A DNA stretch of 64,000 bases from Scyliorhinus canicula. Lineage: Eukaryota. The translations under genes were made by a program, and so were the position numbers. The notes under the pieces are model-generated. The model worked only from the letters and a program-made list of their open reading frames with translations. It did not search any database and was not told the origin of the DNA. Below, piece by piece: positions 1 through 12,313 of this stretch (within the stretch, counting starts at the first letter, position 1; each line of letters begins with the position of its first letter). The stretch lies in the NCBI RefSeq assembly GCF_902713615.1, contig NW_024055479.1, positions 186,001 through 250,000 on the forward strand, in the 5' to 3' direction.

Positions 1-975
1 AAATATGTCATTGGAAACATGGAAGTCTGACAAAACCTGAGGGTACATTAGAAAATGTAGGGAAAATCTCACGAGGGGTTAACAGCAGCAGTAAAAGAAG
101 GTAGCCTTTATGAAACAGGCGTTAAGAAAACAGCTTCTGACAGCTCATTATGTAAAACTGATGCCTGTCTTTCAAGTTAAAGCAGATTGATCTTTTAATT
201 ACATGAAGGGATACAGTATTTCGCACCTTCTTTGAAGTTAATTATTTTAGTAAGCAGTTAAAAAAGAATTGCGAGGATATCCAGTTGTATTGGGTGACAA
301 ACGATTAGGTGTGAAATCCTGCTGACACCAGTTGAATATGGGAAGCCAGAGACGATGTGTCCACGAGAGCACAAGTTAACACCAAGTCGTGGTCAGAGGT
401 CTGACAAGCTAAGGGCACTATTTGGTAATAAAACAACTTTAGAAGTGACAGGAGCCAAATGTAACACCCCTCTAGGATCAAAGCACTTTTGAATATTACA
501 AGGAAAAAAATGTAATCAGAGTTCGATGAACTAAAGTCATGCTCATCATGAAAACGTAGTTGTGTTAAATGTAATTAAGATTAAAGGTACACTGAACAGT
601 CAAGAGCAAAACGAAGTTACTTTACGATAATGTCATAAATTTAACTACTGTTAGAAGGGCAGTTTAAACCCTGAATGGCTAGCAGCCAGCAGAGTCATCT
701 CTCATAGCTGCCCTCGGTCATGGGACGGATAGAACACGAAAACCGAGCAAAACAGCAAATTATACCGGGGGATAACTGGAAATATTAGTTTTACCCGAAT
801 ACAGCAGCACCTACTTAAGTCTGCATCGGAGTCAGGGAGTGAGAATCCCTGTTCACCATTTAGAATATCTTGATTTTTATTGGCATAGGGGGAATTCTAA
901 GAATATTGGTGAGTTTTTTTACTTCACACCTCCTGCAACGTGGAATGCGCCAGCTGGTGGGTGTCTTGAGCGTAC

Positions 976-1040
976 CTCATTTTAAATCCATGAGAAGTCT
1001 CACAGCACCAGGTTAAAGTCCAACTGGTTTTCGAATGGCA
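976..1040 (-). mobile_element. Penelope-like element terminal repeat (pLTR) fragment
   Basis: AAGTCTCACAGCACCAGGTTAAAGTCCAACTGGTTT matches the pLTR segment also seen at 16.8, 20.2, 27.1 and 41.7 kb; abuts the truncated 3' end of an L1-like element. Confidence 0.6.
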
Positions 1041-4000
1041 AAGTTTCCAGCTTGATGAACCCTGCCATATCATTAATCCAAACTTTCATGCTTGGGGGCT
1101 TCATATCCCTCCACATTAGAAGGATCCTCCGCCGGGCTACCGGGGACGCAAAGGTCAGAACACCAGCCTTTTGTTTGGCTCCTGCACTCCCGGCTCGTCT
1201 GATACCCCAAATAATGCTATCCCCCAGCTCGGCTTGACCCGGGTGTTCACCACTTTGGACATAGTCCTCGCAAAGCCCCTCCAGGACCCCTCCAGCGCCG
1301 GGCACGTCCAGAACATATGGGCGTGATTTGCTGGGCTCCCCGAGCACCTCACACACCCCAAAAAACCTTCTCATCCTCGCCCCTGTCATATGCGCCCTAT
1401 GAACAACTTTGAACTGTATGAGGCTAAGCCTGGCGCAAGAGGAGGAATTAACCCTACTCAGGGCATCAGCCCACAGATCCTCATCCAGCTCCTCCCCGAG
1501 CTCCTCCTCCCACTTGCCCTTTAACTCCTCCACCGAGGCCTCCTCCACTTCCTGCAGTTCCTGATAGATCGCCGTGACCTTGTCTTCTCCAACACATACA
1601 CCCGAAATCACCTTGTCCTGAATTCTACGTGCTGGGAGCAGCGGAAATTCCCTCACCTGCCATCTCACAAATGCCCTCACATGCATGCACCTAAAAGCAT
1701 TCCCGGGAGGTAAACCAAATTTATCCTCTAGCGCCCCTAGGCAAGCAAAAGTCCCATCGATGAATTGGTCCCCCATTCTTTTAATCCCTGCCCGATGCCA
1801 GCTCAGGAACCCCCCATCCTACACGGGACGAACCTGTGGTTCGCTCGTATTGGGGACCAGACCGAGGCCGCCAAATCGCCCCTATGTCGCCTCCACTGCC
1901 CCCAGATCGTCAGAGTCGCACCACCACCGGACTCGTGGTGTATCTTGTCAGCGGGAGTGGCAATGGTACCGTCACCAGCGCCCCCAGACTTGTACCCACA
2001 CAAGACACCACCTCCAGCCTCTTCCACGCCACTCGCTCCTCCTCCATTACCCACTTGCGGATCATCGCCACATTAGCTGCCGAATAATAACCACATAGAT
2101 TTGGCAGCGCCAGCCCCCTCTGTCCCTGCTACACTCCAAAAACACCCTCTTCACCCTCGGGGTCTTATTCGCCCATACGAATCCCATAATACCCCTGCTG
2201 ACCCATTTTTTAAAAGCCTTGGGGATAAGAAGGGGCAGGCACTGGAACACGAACAGGAACCTCGGGAGGACCATCATCCTGACCGACTGCACCCTGCCCG
2301 CCAGGGAAAGTGGCAGCACATGCCATCTCTTGAAATTTTCCTCCATCTGTTCCACCAACCGTGCCAAATTGAGCTTATGAAGGGCCCCAAGCTCCTAGCT
2401 ACCTGGATCCCTAGGTATCAAAAGCTCCTCTTCGCCCTCTTCAACGGTAGCTCATCTATCCCCCTTCCCTGGTCCCCCGCATGCACCACAAAAAGCTCAC
2501 TCTTCCCCACGTTGAGCTTCTAACCCGAAAAGTCCCCAAACTCCTCAAGGATCCGCATAACCTCCACCATCCCCTCCACTGGGTCTGCAACAGAGAACAA
2601 CAGGTCATCAGCAGAAAATGACACCCGGTGTTCCACACCGCCCCCCCCCCAGACCAATCCCCTCCAGTTCCAAAATTCCCTCAGTGCCATGGCCAGCGGC
2701 TCAATTGCCACGGTACAACCTGAAATACTCCGACCTCCAACGTTTCATAGCCACGCTCGCCACGGGGGCCCTATATAACAGCCTCACCCATCTTATGAAC
2801 TCTTCTCCAAACCCAAACCTCCGAAGCACTTCCCAGAGATACTCACACTGCACCTGATCATAAGCCTTCCCCGTGTCCATGGCCGCCACTACCTCCGCTT
2901 CCCCCTCCACCGAGGGCATCATGAACACATTTCAGAGCCTCCGCACATTTGTATTTAACTGCCTGCCCTTCACAAACCCCGTCTGGTCCTCGTGGATCAC
3001 CCCTGGGACACAGTCCTCAATCCTCGTAGCCAGAACCTTCGCCAATAAATTAGCATCTACATTGAGGAGCAAAATCGGCCCATACGATCCACATTACAAT
3101 AGATCCTTCTCCCGCTTCAAAATCAGTGAGATCAGTGCCCGGGACATTGTTGGGGGCAGGGTCCCCTCCTCCCTCCCCTCATTAAAAGTTCTCACCAGCA
3201 ACGGGCCCAGCAGGTCCACATACGTTCTGTAAAATTCAACCAGGAACACGTGCAGTCCTGGAGCCTTCCCCGCCTGCATGCTCTCCAATCCCTTAACCAG
3301 CTCCTCCAGCCCAATCGGTGCCCCCAAACCAGCCACCTGCTCCTCCTCCACCCTCGGGAACGTCAGTTGATCTAGAAACTGCCGCATCCCCACCCCCAGG
3401 GGCTCAGACCTATACAGATCCCCATAGAAATCCCTAAGCACCTCGTTTATTCTCACCGCACTTCGCACCATATTCCCCCCTCTATCCCTAATTCTACCAA
3501 TCTCCCTCGCTGCCTCCCTCTTACGAAGCTGATGTGCCAGCACCGGCTCACCTTCTCCCCATACTCATATACCGCCCCCTGCATTTTCCTCCACTGCACC
3601 TCTGCTTTTACCGTGCTCAATAGATCAAATTCCATTTGGAGGTTTTGTCGCTCCCTAAGCAGCCCCTCCTCGGGAGCCTCTGCATAGCTCCTGTCCACCC
3701 TTAATATCTCCCCCACTAATCTCTCCCTCTCCCTCCTCTCTCTCTTCTCCCTATCGGCCCTAATGGAAATGAGCTCTCCCCTAACCACCGCCTTCAAAAC
3801 CTCCCAGACTACCCCACCTGCACCTTCCTATTATCGTTGGTGTCCATGTATTTTTAAATACACCCCCCGGATCCGCTCGCACACCTCCTCCTCCCCCAAC
3901 TCCAGGTCCACCCAATGCAGGGCGTGGTCCAAGATGGCTATAGCCGAATATTCCATTCCCTCCACTTTCGGGATTAGAGCCCTACTAATTATAAAGACAT

Positions 4001-4610
4001 ATACCCGGGAATAGGCGTTATGGACGTGGGAGAAAAAAGAAAATTCTCTGGCCACCGGCCTGGCAAACCTCCACGGATCCACTCCCCCCACCTGGTCCAT
4101 AAACCCACTGAGCACCTTGGCCGCAGCCGGCCTCTTACCCGTCCTGGACCTGGAACGGTCCAGTGCTGGGTCCAGCACTGTGTTGAAGTCCCCCCCCCCC
4201 CCCATTATCAAATTCCCTGCCGCCAGATCCAGGATACGACTCAACATGCGTTTCATAAATCCGGCTTCATCCCAATTCGGGGCATAAACATTCACCAGTA
4301 CCAACCGCATCCCCTGCAACCTACCACTCACCATCACATCCCGACCTCCATTATCCACCACAATATTCATCGCCTGAAACGACACCCGTTTCCCCACCAG
4401 TATTGCAACCCCTCTATTCTTTGCATCCAGCCCTGAGTGAAAAAATTGCCCGACCCATCCCTTTCTCAGCCTAACCTGATCTGCCACGTTCAAGTGTGTC
4501 TCCTGTAGCATGACCACGTCTGCCTTTAGTCCCTTTAAGTGCGCGAACACCCGGGCCCTCTTGACCAGCCCCTCACATTCCATGTTATCAGCTGGATCAG
4601 GGGGCTATTC
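1040..4610 (-). pseudogene. L1 ORF2 endonuclease/reverse transcriptase, disrupted
   Basis: Collinear ORF fragments 3831-4583 (EN), 3453-3797, 3094-3543, 2701-2928, 2520-2711, 2062-2367 and 1000-1776 in different frames. Confidence 0.85.
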
Positions 4611-5137
4611 GCCCCCCCCCCCCCTGCTGACTAGCCATCCTCTTTCGTAGGCCAGCCACGTGCCTGCGCATCCCGCACCCTCCACTCCCCCAGGCGGCGG
4701 ACCCCCACCCCGACTCCCTCTTCTACCTCCAGCTCCCCTTTGGCAGATACAGCAGCAACCCAGTCGTCCCCCCCCCCCCCCAGCCAGACCACCGTCCAGT
4801 CATTCTGCTCCCCCCATTATGCTCCCTTAAGTCAGCTGACTCCTGCTGGCCCAGCCCCTCCCTTCCTTAACGCGGGAAAAAGCCAACGCTTTTCATCCGA
4901 GCCGGCCCCGCCCCCAATGGCACAGCTCTTTTTTCTGCGACTTCGCCCCAGCTCCCCAACCTGGGCTTCCAACCCCCCCTTCATCAGCGGGGACCTGCCC
5001 CTACAGTAACGGCGCCCACACTCTCACACAGCCCCCATATCATACCCCACTCACCCCTTCCCATGTCCCCTCTTCTCAACCTGAAACCAGCAGAAGAACA
5101 CCCCCACAATACAGTGAACACCCCCTACAACAAACCC

Positions 5138-6011
5138 TCAGCGCGAGCCCAGCTTTTCAGTCTGAATAAAGGTCCACGCCTCATCTGGCGCCTCAAAATA
5201 TTGGTGATGGTCCAGAAACATAACCCACAATCGCGCGGGCTGCAGCATTCCAAACTTCACTCCCTTCCGATGGAGAACCGCCTTGGCACGATTAAAGCCA
5301 GCCCTCTTCTTGGCCACCTCCACACTCCAGTCCTGGTAGATTCGGATCTCCATATTCTCCCACCTGCTGCTCTGTTTTTTCTTCGCCCATCTCAGGACGC
5401 ACTCCCTATCCATAAAGCGGTGGAACCTCACCACTGCAGCCCTTGGCGGCTCGTTGGCTTTGGGCCTCCTTGCCAGGACTCAGTGAGCCCCGTCCAGCTC
5501 CTGGGGCGTCGGAAAAGCTCCCACGCCCATCAGCGTTTTGAGCATTGTAATTACATATGCCCCAGCGTCAGACCCCCTCCACTCCTTCAGGGAGACCCAG
5601 AATCCGAAGATTCTTCCTCCTCAACCTGTTTTCCAGGTCCTCAAACTTCTCCTGCCACTTCTTGTGTAGTTCCTCGTGCGCCTCCACTTTCTCTGCCAGG
5701 CCCAGAATCTCGTCCTCGTTCTCTGAGGCTTTCTGCCACACCACTCGAATCGCTGCCCCTTAGGCATTCTGGGTCTCCACCAGGTTTTCTATCGACGCCT
5801 TCATTGGCGCCAGCATTTCTGCTCTCAGCTCTGCAAAGCAGTTTTTGAGGAACTCCTGCTGCTCCAGCGACCACTGCGCCCACGCTGCTTGATCTCTACC
5901 CGCCACCACCTTTCTCTTCCTGGGCCACTCTCTTCGCTGCTCCAAAATCACTTTTTTGATCGCTCCACTCCTGGTCCACTCCATACAGTGCTGGCGGAAC
6001 CTTACTATCAC
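5138..6011 (-). pseudogene. L1 ORF1 (coiled coil, RRM, CTD), disrupted
   Basis: ORF-track fragments 5760-6011 and 5138-5434 are homologous to the ORF1 of the second L1 at 22500-23419. Confidence 0.8.
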
Positions 6012-6314
6012 CTGCCCACACTGGGAACCGTCGTACCAGTGCCGCTGGGGCTACTCAAAAGGGCCCAAAAGTCCGTTCTTGGCGGGAGCTGCCGAACGTG
6101 CGACCTAGCAAAGCATGGCCGCAACCGAAAGCACGGACTGTAAAAATTGTCCTGCTCTGTTCACCGGGATCCACCTTGTGGACATTTTCCAAATAAGAAA
6201 TTGGGGGCTGGTTCCGCTCATTTGCCTGGACAAATGGTTTGTGATGCAGAGCCAGTCCAACAGCGTGGGTTCAATTCCTCTACCGGCTGAGATTAGTCAT
6301 GAAGGCAGCATCCA

Positions 6315-6540
6315 GGACCAGTAAACCATTCCGAGGAAACTCACCTCCCGTCCCGGAGATCAGCATCTCCCTGATACGGGACCAGTAAACTATTCTGAGG
6401 AGACTGTCACTGCCAGCCCCAGACAGCAGCACCCCCCTGATCCGGGATCAATAAACCATTCCGAGGAGGCTGTTACCTCCAGCCAAGGAGATAAGCACCC
6501 CCCTGATGTAGGTCCAGTAAACTGTTCCCACCTGATCCAG
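6315..6540 (+). repeat. Degenerate tandem repeat, about 65-bp unit, about 3.5 copies
   Basis: GGA(C/T)CA(G/A)TAAAC-type unit starts at 6315, 6379, 6445 and 6511; units share GAGG...CCCCTGAT. Confidence 0.7.
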
Positions 6541-6669
6541 GGCCATACGTCTTTTCTGTCTATTTAGCTGTTGCATTAAATGTAAACTGTTGCTTCTTAA
6601 TCAACTGCTTTAAAATCACCAATGATTTCGACCCCCTTTTTGGATAATCTGTGACTCCCGGACACTTGT

Positions 6670-7105
6670 CCATGAGAGTAAGGGAAGGTCTTATCTCTGA
6701 GTCAGGAGGTTGTGGGTTCAAATCCACCTCCAGAAACATGAGCATCAAATCCAGGTTGCTATTCTGATGCAGTCCTGAGGGAGCACTGCACTGTCAGAGG
6801 TCCCGTCTTCCAGATCAGACCTTTAACTCTGGCCCCATCTGCCCTCAGTTGGGTGTAAAGGTTCCCATGATGTTATCCAAAGAGCAGGGGAGATCTCCCC
6901 GGTTTACTGCTGAATTCATCACTCAACAAACATCACTGAACAGATTCTCTGGGCACAATCACATTTCTGTTTGTGGGATCTCGCTGTGCACATTTGGTAA
7001 CTGTATTTCTTACATTACAACAGTGACTACATTTCAAAAGAACCTCATTGGCTGTAAAGGGACATCCTGAAGTTGTGAGAGGCGCTATATAAATACAAGT
7101 CTTCC
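6670..7105 (+). mobile_element. DeuSINE-type SINE (SacSINE1/AmnSINE1-like)
   Basis: tRNA-like head (GGTTCAAATCC), Deu-domain-like core (GGCCCCATCTGCCCTC...GAGCAGGGGAG...) and 3' tail CATTACAACAGTGACTAC...GGCGCTATATAAATACAAGTCTT; family recognised from memory. Confidence 0.65.
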
Positions 7106-7329
7106 ATTAACAAAGGAGAAAAGACCCAACAATGGAACAGTCGGTAAAAGGACATCAATCAGTCTCCTCTTATCTTCGAGAAATCAAGGACTCCAACACT
7201 GTGTTTGACACAAAGCTGATTTAATTCATCTCTATCCAGAACATTAAACTCCAGTTGCAGGGATTATTAACATCAACTGAAACAAACTCTAACTGTCAGA
7301 AAGAACATGGTTCAGTCCTGGATGTGATT

Positions 7330-8200
7330 CACAGCAGCAATAACAGCAGAATCCAACTCTTGTAACTTGTGAAATCGCTGGTGTATCTGCAGGGTGGATG
7401 AATGAGAGAATCTCTTCCCACAATTGGAACAGGTGAATTACCTCTCCCCAGTGTGAATTCACTGGCGTTTCTGCAGGGTGAATGAATGAGAGAATCTCTT
7501 CCCACTCTCGCAGTGAACGGTCTCTCTCCAGTGTGAGCACCGTTGGTGACTCAGCAGATCCATTTTGCTTCTAAAGCTCTTCTCACAGTCAGAACACATA
7601 AAATGTCTTGTGTCAGAGTGAACATGTTGGTGTGAAGTGAGATGGGTTCGAGTTATAGAGTTTTACAGCACAAAACAAGGCCCTTTGTCCCATTGTGTCT
7701 GTGCCGGCTATCAAGCACCAATCTATTCTCATCTCAGTTTCAGGGATTATTAACATCAACTCAAACACACTCCATCTGTCAGAATGAACATGGTTCAGTC
7801 CTGGGTGTGATTTAGGCTCAGTCCTGGATGTAATTAACATCAATAACAGCAGAGTCCTGGAGGCACTTGTGAACTCGCTGATGTGTCTGCAGGGTGGATG
7901 ACCGAATGAATCCCTTCCCACACAGGGAACAGATGAACGCTCTCTCCATGGTGTGAATGCGCTGGTTTTTCAGCCAGAGGGAATGCTGAGTGAATCCCTT
8001 CCCACACACGGAGCAGGTGAACGGCCTCTCTCCAGTGTGACTGCGCTGGTGAATCAGCAGATCCATTCTACCTTTGAAGCTCTTCTCACAGGTGGAACAT
8101 TTAAAAGGTCTCGTGTCAGAGTGAACACGTTGGTGTGAAGTGAGGTGGGCAGAGTGAGTGAATCTCTTTCCACACTCAAGACAAGGTAATGGTCTCTACC
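7330..8200 (-). pseudogene. C2H2 zinc-finger remnants (two segments) with ZNF 3' flank motif
   Basis: [26 protein letters not shown] and [25 protein letters not shown]; frameshifted; shared CAGGACTGAACCATGTTC 3' motif on the minus strand. Confidence 0.8.
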
Positions 8201-8474
8201 CAGCGTGAACGTGCTATAAATTGCCCGAGTGTCCAAAAGGTGAAATGGGGTTACGGGGAGAGGGCAGGGGAAGTGCGCCTGTGTTGCGTGCTCTTTTGTC
8301 GGGTTGGTGCAAGCTCAATGGGCCAAATGGCCTCCTTCTGCACTGTAGGGATTCTACGATGCTGCCAGGCCTGTGGAGTTAATCTGGCATTTTCAGTTTT
8401 AACTCTAGATTACACACATTTGTAATCCACTAATTATATCTACGAGGAGCAGTGTGTTGATGTTTCAGCTATTC

Positions 8475-8705
8475 CGGCCTTGGGTGACTGTGTGGAGTTT
8501 GCACATTCTCCCCGTGTCTGTGTGGGTTCCCTCCGGGTGGTCCAGTTTTCTCCCAGTCCAAAGATGGGCAAGTTAGGTGGATTGGCCGTGCTAAATTGCC
8601 CCTTAGTGTCCAAACAAAGGTTAGGTGGGTGAGGCATGGGCTGAAGTAGGGTACCATATCCGATGGCCGGTGCAGGCTCGATGGGCTGAATGGCCTCCTT
8701 CTGCC
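8475..8705 (+). mobile_element. HE1/V-SINE-like SINE, 5'-truncated
   Basis: V-domain core GTGGAGTTTGCACATTCTCCCCGTGTCTG...GGATTGGCC.TGCTAAATTGCCC and tail GGGCTGAATGGCCTCCTTCTGC. Confidence 0.8.
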
Positions 8706-8739
8706 TGAACCGATGGATGTGACTGGTGGGATTTCCCTG

Positions 8740-9025
8740 GGGGTAGCACAATTGATTCACAGCACCAGGGTTCAGAGTTCAATTCCCACTTGTATCACTG
8801 TCTGTGTGGAGTCTGCACGTTCTCCCCATTCCTGCGTGGGATTCCTCCGGGTGCTCCGGTTTCCTCCCACAAGTCCCGAAAGACATACTTATTAGGTGAA
8901 TTGGACATTCTGAATTCTCCCTCTATGTCCCCAAACAGCCGCCGGAATGTGGCGACTAGGGGCTTTTCACTGTTACTTCATTGCAGTATTAATGTAAGCC
9001 TACTTGTGACAATAATAAAGATTAT
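8740..9025 (+). mobile_element. V-SINE variant with alternative 3' tail (GACAATAATAAAGATTAT)
   Basis: tRNA-like head, V core, then CCGGAATGTGGCGACTAGGGGCTTTTCAC...GCCTACTTGTGACAATAA; same type at 17577-17860 and 55430-55740. Confidence 0.75.
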
Positions 9026-9039
9026 GTGTTTGTGTATTT

Positions 9040-9360
9040 TAGGTAGAACTTCCTTGGTTCTACCTGTTGTTCCTTCAGATATTCCATCTGTTTTTGGTTA
9101 ATGTGTCTGGAGTCTGAGTTCTTCCAGTCTGTCTCCAATTCTCCTTCCTGTCTGGGGTATATTGGTGTAGGTAGCTTGGTGTTGTGATTCATGCTGTTTA
9201 GTTGTCTGTCTGTCTCCAGTAGGTATTGTTGTCCCTCGATAATGACTGCTGCTACCCTTGTCTTCTGATCTTATGAACATATCAATGTTGGATCCAAGCT
9301 CCCAGATTGTCTGTCTTTCTCTCCGGGTGAGATTCTGTTTGTTTCTTGTATTTCACTGTG
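9040..9360 (-). mobile_element. Penelope-like RT N-terminal fragment
   Basis: Reads NLTRRERQTIWELGSNIDMFIRSEDKGSSSH, resembling the IVIKPADKG region of PLE ORFs; paralog at 22085-22420. Confidence 0.55.
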
Positions 9361-9915
9361 ACAGGGCAGAGACCTGATTGAAGGGACTCAAACATGGGAG
9401 TTTTGGGAAAGATGGGCAAGGATTTGGGAGGTGGCAATATGTTTTGGAGAGGAGAGGGAGGTTGAAGATGGGGCAGTAGTTTATAAGGTTGGCAGGGTCA
9501 AGGGTTTGTTTTATGGAGGAGGAGGTGATGATGGCAGATTTGAAGGATAGAGGGACACTTGAAGAGAGAAATGTTGACAATATCCGTGGACTCAGTAGTT
9601 GGCTGATCAGTAGCTCAGTGGGAATATGGTCAATGAAGCAGAAGCTGGGTCTCATGGACAAGATGGGCTATGAGAGGGAACGAGGGGAGATGGGAGAGAA
9701 ACTAGAGAAAGATGTGGGTTCAGGGCTTGGGAAAGGATGAAATTTAGAGACAGTTTGGTCTGGTGGGTTCGTAGAAGGGAGGGAAGCAGCAGAGGCAGCT
9801 GATCGGATTGACTCAATCTCAGTCACAAAGAAGCTCCACAAGCTCCTCACACTTCTTGTTGGAGGTGAGGATGGAAGAGACAGGGGAGAGCGAGAGTACT
9901 TCAAAAGGAACTAAC
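9360..9915 (-). mobile_element. L2-clade LINE RT fragment
   Basis: SSVPLSFKSAIIT...KQTLDPANLINYCPIFNLPLLSK matches the L2 RT motif VP.AFK.AVI.PLLKKP.LDP..L.NYRPISNLPFLSK. Confidence 0.7.
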
Positions 9916-10261
9916 TTGTGTCAGAGATATTAAAAAGTTTCAAAACACTGTGTATTTAACACAAATCTAATTTATTTGACTTTTAGCCAGAATATTAGCC
10001 CCTGTAAATGGGCTGGAGTTTGTTATCAGCAGAAAGAGACCCAAATGAACATGGTTCAGTTCTGAATGTGAAGAACAGCAAAATTCAATCACTGCACAGC
10101 GATCAAAGAACAATACAGCACAGGAACAGGCCCTTCGGCCCTCCAAGCTTGTAGCGGTCATGATAGGACCTTGGCCAAAACCCTTGTGCCATATCCCTCT
10201 ATATCCATCTTATCCATGTGTTTGTCCAGATGCTTTTTGAACGCCGTTAAGGTAACTGCTC

Positions 10262-11547
10262 TGTGGCGTCGTTGGTGAGTCAGGAGGTTGGATGAAGTGG
10301 TAAATCCCTTCCCACAATTGGAGCAGGTGAACGGTCACTCTCCAGTGTGAACTCGCCGGTGCCTCTGCAGGGTGGATAACTGAGTGAATCCCTTCCCACA
10401 CTTGGAGCAGGTGAATGGCCTCTCCCCAGTGTGAACTCGCTGGTGCCTCTGCAGTTCGGATGAATCAATGAATCCCTTCCCACACCAGGAGCAGGTGAAT
10501 GGCCTCTTCCCAGTGTGAATTCTCTGGTGTCTCCGCAGGGCTGATGACTGAGTGAATCCCTTCTCACACCAGGAGCAGGTGAATGGTTTCTCCCCAGTGT
10601 GAACTCGCTGGTGTTTCTCCAGGTCGGATGACCGAGTGAATCCCTTCCCACACTTGGAGCAGGTGAATGGCCTCCCCCCAGTGTGAATTCGCTGGTGCTT
10701 CTCCAGGTCAGATGACTGAGGGAATCCCATCCGACACCAAGAACAGGTGAATGGCCTCCCCCCAATGTGAATTCGCTGGTGTTTGCGCAGGGCCGATGAC
10801 TGAGTGAATCCCTTCCCACACTGAGAGCAGGTGAATGGCCTCTCCCCAGTGTGAATTCGCTGGTGGTTCCGCAGAGTGGATGACTGAGTGAATCCCTTCC
10901 CACACTGAGAGCAGATGAATGGCCTCTTCCCAGTGTGAATTAGCTGGTGTGACAGCAGGTTGGATGACTGAGTGAATCCCTTCCCACATTGGGAGCAGGT
11001 GAATGGCCTCTCCCCAGTGTGAATTTGCTGATGTACAGTGAGGTCAAAAGATCGTCTGAACCCAGTCCCACAGTGAGAGCACCGGAATGGTTTCTCGTCA
11101 GTGTGAACACGTTTATGGAGCAGCAGTTCCCCAGAACTTCTGTAGCACTTCCCGCAATATGGACATTGAAAAGATCTCTCAGCAGTGTGAATTCGCTGGT
11201 GTTTGCGTAGGGCGGATGGCTGAGTGAATCCCTTCCCACACTTGAAGCAGGTGAATGGTCTCTCCCCAACGTGAATTCGCTGGTGTTTGCGCAGGGCGGA
11301 TAACTGAGTGAATCCCTTCCCACACTTGAAGCAGGTGAATGGTCTCTCCCCAGTGTGACTGCGCCGATGAGTTTCCAGCCTGGATGGGTAAGTGAATCCT
11401 TTCCCACAGTCCGCACATTTCCACGGTTTCTCCTCAGTGTGACTGCATTTCGTGGCTTTTGAGCCCCGATGATCGAGTGAATCCTCGTCCACACACACAA
11501 CACGTGTACGGTTCCTCTCCACTGTGAATGATGCTTTTTCCGTCCAT
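10262..11547 (-). pseudogene. KRAB-less tandem C2H2 zinc-finger gene A: 13 fingers in the long ORF 10335-11522, about 15 in total; frameshift near 11451 and premature TGA at 10335-10337
   Basis: Repeated CxxC...HxxxH fingers with TGERPF linkers; start [23 protein letters not shown] (ATG at 11547) is out of frame with the main ORF by one extra base; one more finger follows the TGA, then a CR1 tail (about 10100-10262). Confidence 0.85.
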
Positions 11548-11959
11548 GTTCAAAATCCGCTGATATTCAGGATATGATAAATTGAGGACTCTGTCAGATC
11601 CTGATGTGATGTTTGGTTTTAGATTCCAGACCTTGAAGTCTCCCCTTCGAACACCCTGTGAAACTGATTGAAAACAGAAAATAGGGAGTGAGTGAGAACC
11701 CACAAAAACACAAAGGCAGGTTGTGAAATTGAGCTGAATCAATCTGGCCATTTGTGGGGCCGGCACTAGGAAAAAGTGACCATGAAAACTGCTGGATTGT
11801 CATAAAAACCCAACTGGCCTCTTTGGGAGGAGTGAGAGAGAGGTGAAGTGGGATTTTGTATATCTACAAGACATATTAAGAGAGTAATTGGCAAAGCAAA
11901 TTCGATCTTGGGCTTCATAATTAGAAATATTGATACCGAAACAGGGTAGCAAGGCTTCT

Positions 11960-12300
11960 GGTGGCACAGTGATTAGCACTGCTGCCTCACAGTGCCAGGG
12001 ACCCGGGTTCAATTCCGGCCTTGGTGACTGTCTGTGTGGAGTTTGCACTTTCTCCCCGTGTCTGCGTGGGTTTCCACCCGGTGCTCAGGTTTCCTCCAAC
12101 AATCCAAAGAAGGGAAAGTTAGGTGGATTGGCCTTGATAAATTCCCCCTTAATGTCCAGGGATGTGCAGGTTAGGTGGGGCTACGGGGTTACAGGGACAG
12201 GGTAGGGCTGTGGGCTTAGGCAGTGTGCCCTTTCAGAGAATCAGTGCAGACTTGATGGGCCGAATGGCCTCCTTCTGCACTGTAGGAATTCTATGGTTCT
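11960..12300 (+). mobile_element. HE1/V-SINE, full length
   Basis: A-box/B-box tRNA-like head (GGTGGCACAGTGATTAGC...GGTTCAATTCC), V core, CR1-like tail ending TTCTATGGTTCT. Confidence 0.85.
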
Positions 12301-12313
12301 AATTAAATTCAAT

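Larger units (their letters stand above)
1040..6131 (-). mobile_element. L1-clade non-LTR retrotransposon, near full length, decayed (5' UTR, ORF1, ORF2 EN-RT), 3' end missing
   Basis: ORF1 pieces with RFHRFMDRECVLRWAK...IRIYQDWS...KFGMLQPARLW; APE endonuclease pieces (VMLQETHL, NVYAPNWD, GGDFNTVLD, SDH-like LDH); RT pieces (KAYDQV, FSADDLL); GC-rich 5' UTR ending near 6131; many frameshifts and stops. Confidence 0.9.

Noticed and set aside
1-950. Possible coding remnant at the window start
   Set aside because: All frames are interrupted and no motif is recognisable.
10210-11503. Alternative-frame ORFs over ZNF arrays (GRDSLSH..., MWEGIHS... types) and antisense ORFs over LINEs
   Set aside because: Shadow frames of the periodic finger or LINE coding sequence.
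11960-12040. tRNA genes suggested by A-box/B-box heads (here and in other SINE copies)
   Set aside because: They continue into V-SINE cores and LINE-like tails and do not form complete cloverleafs.
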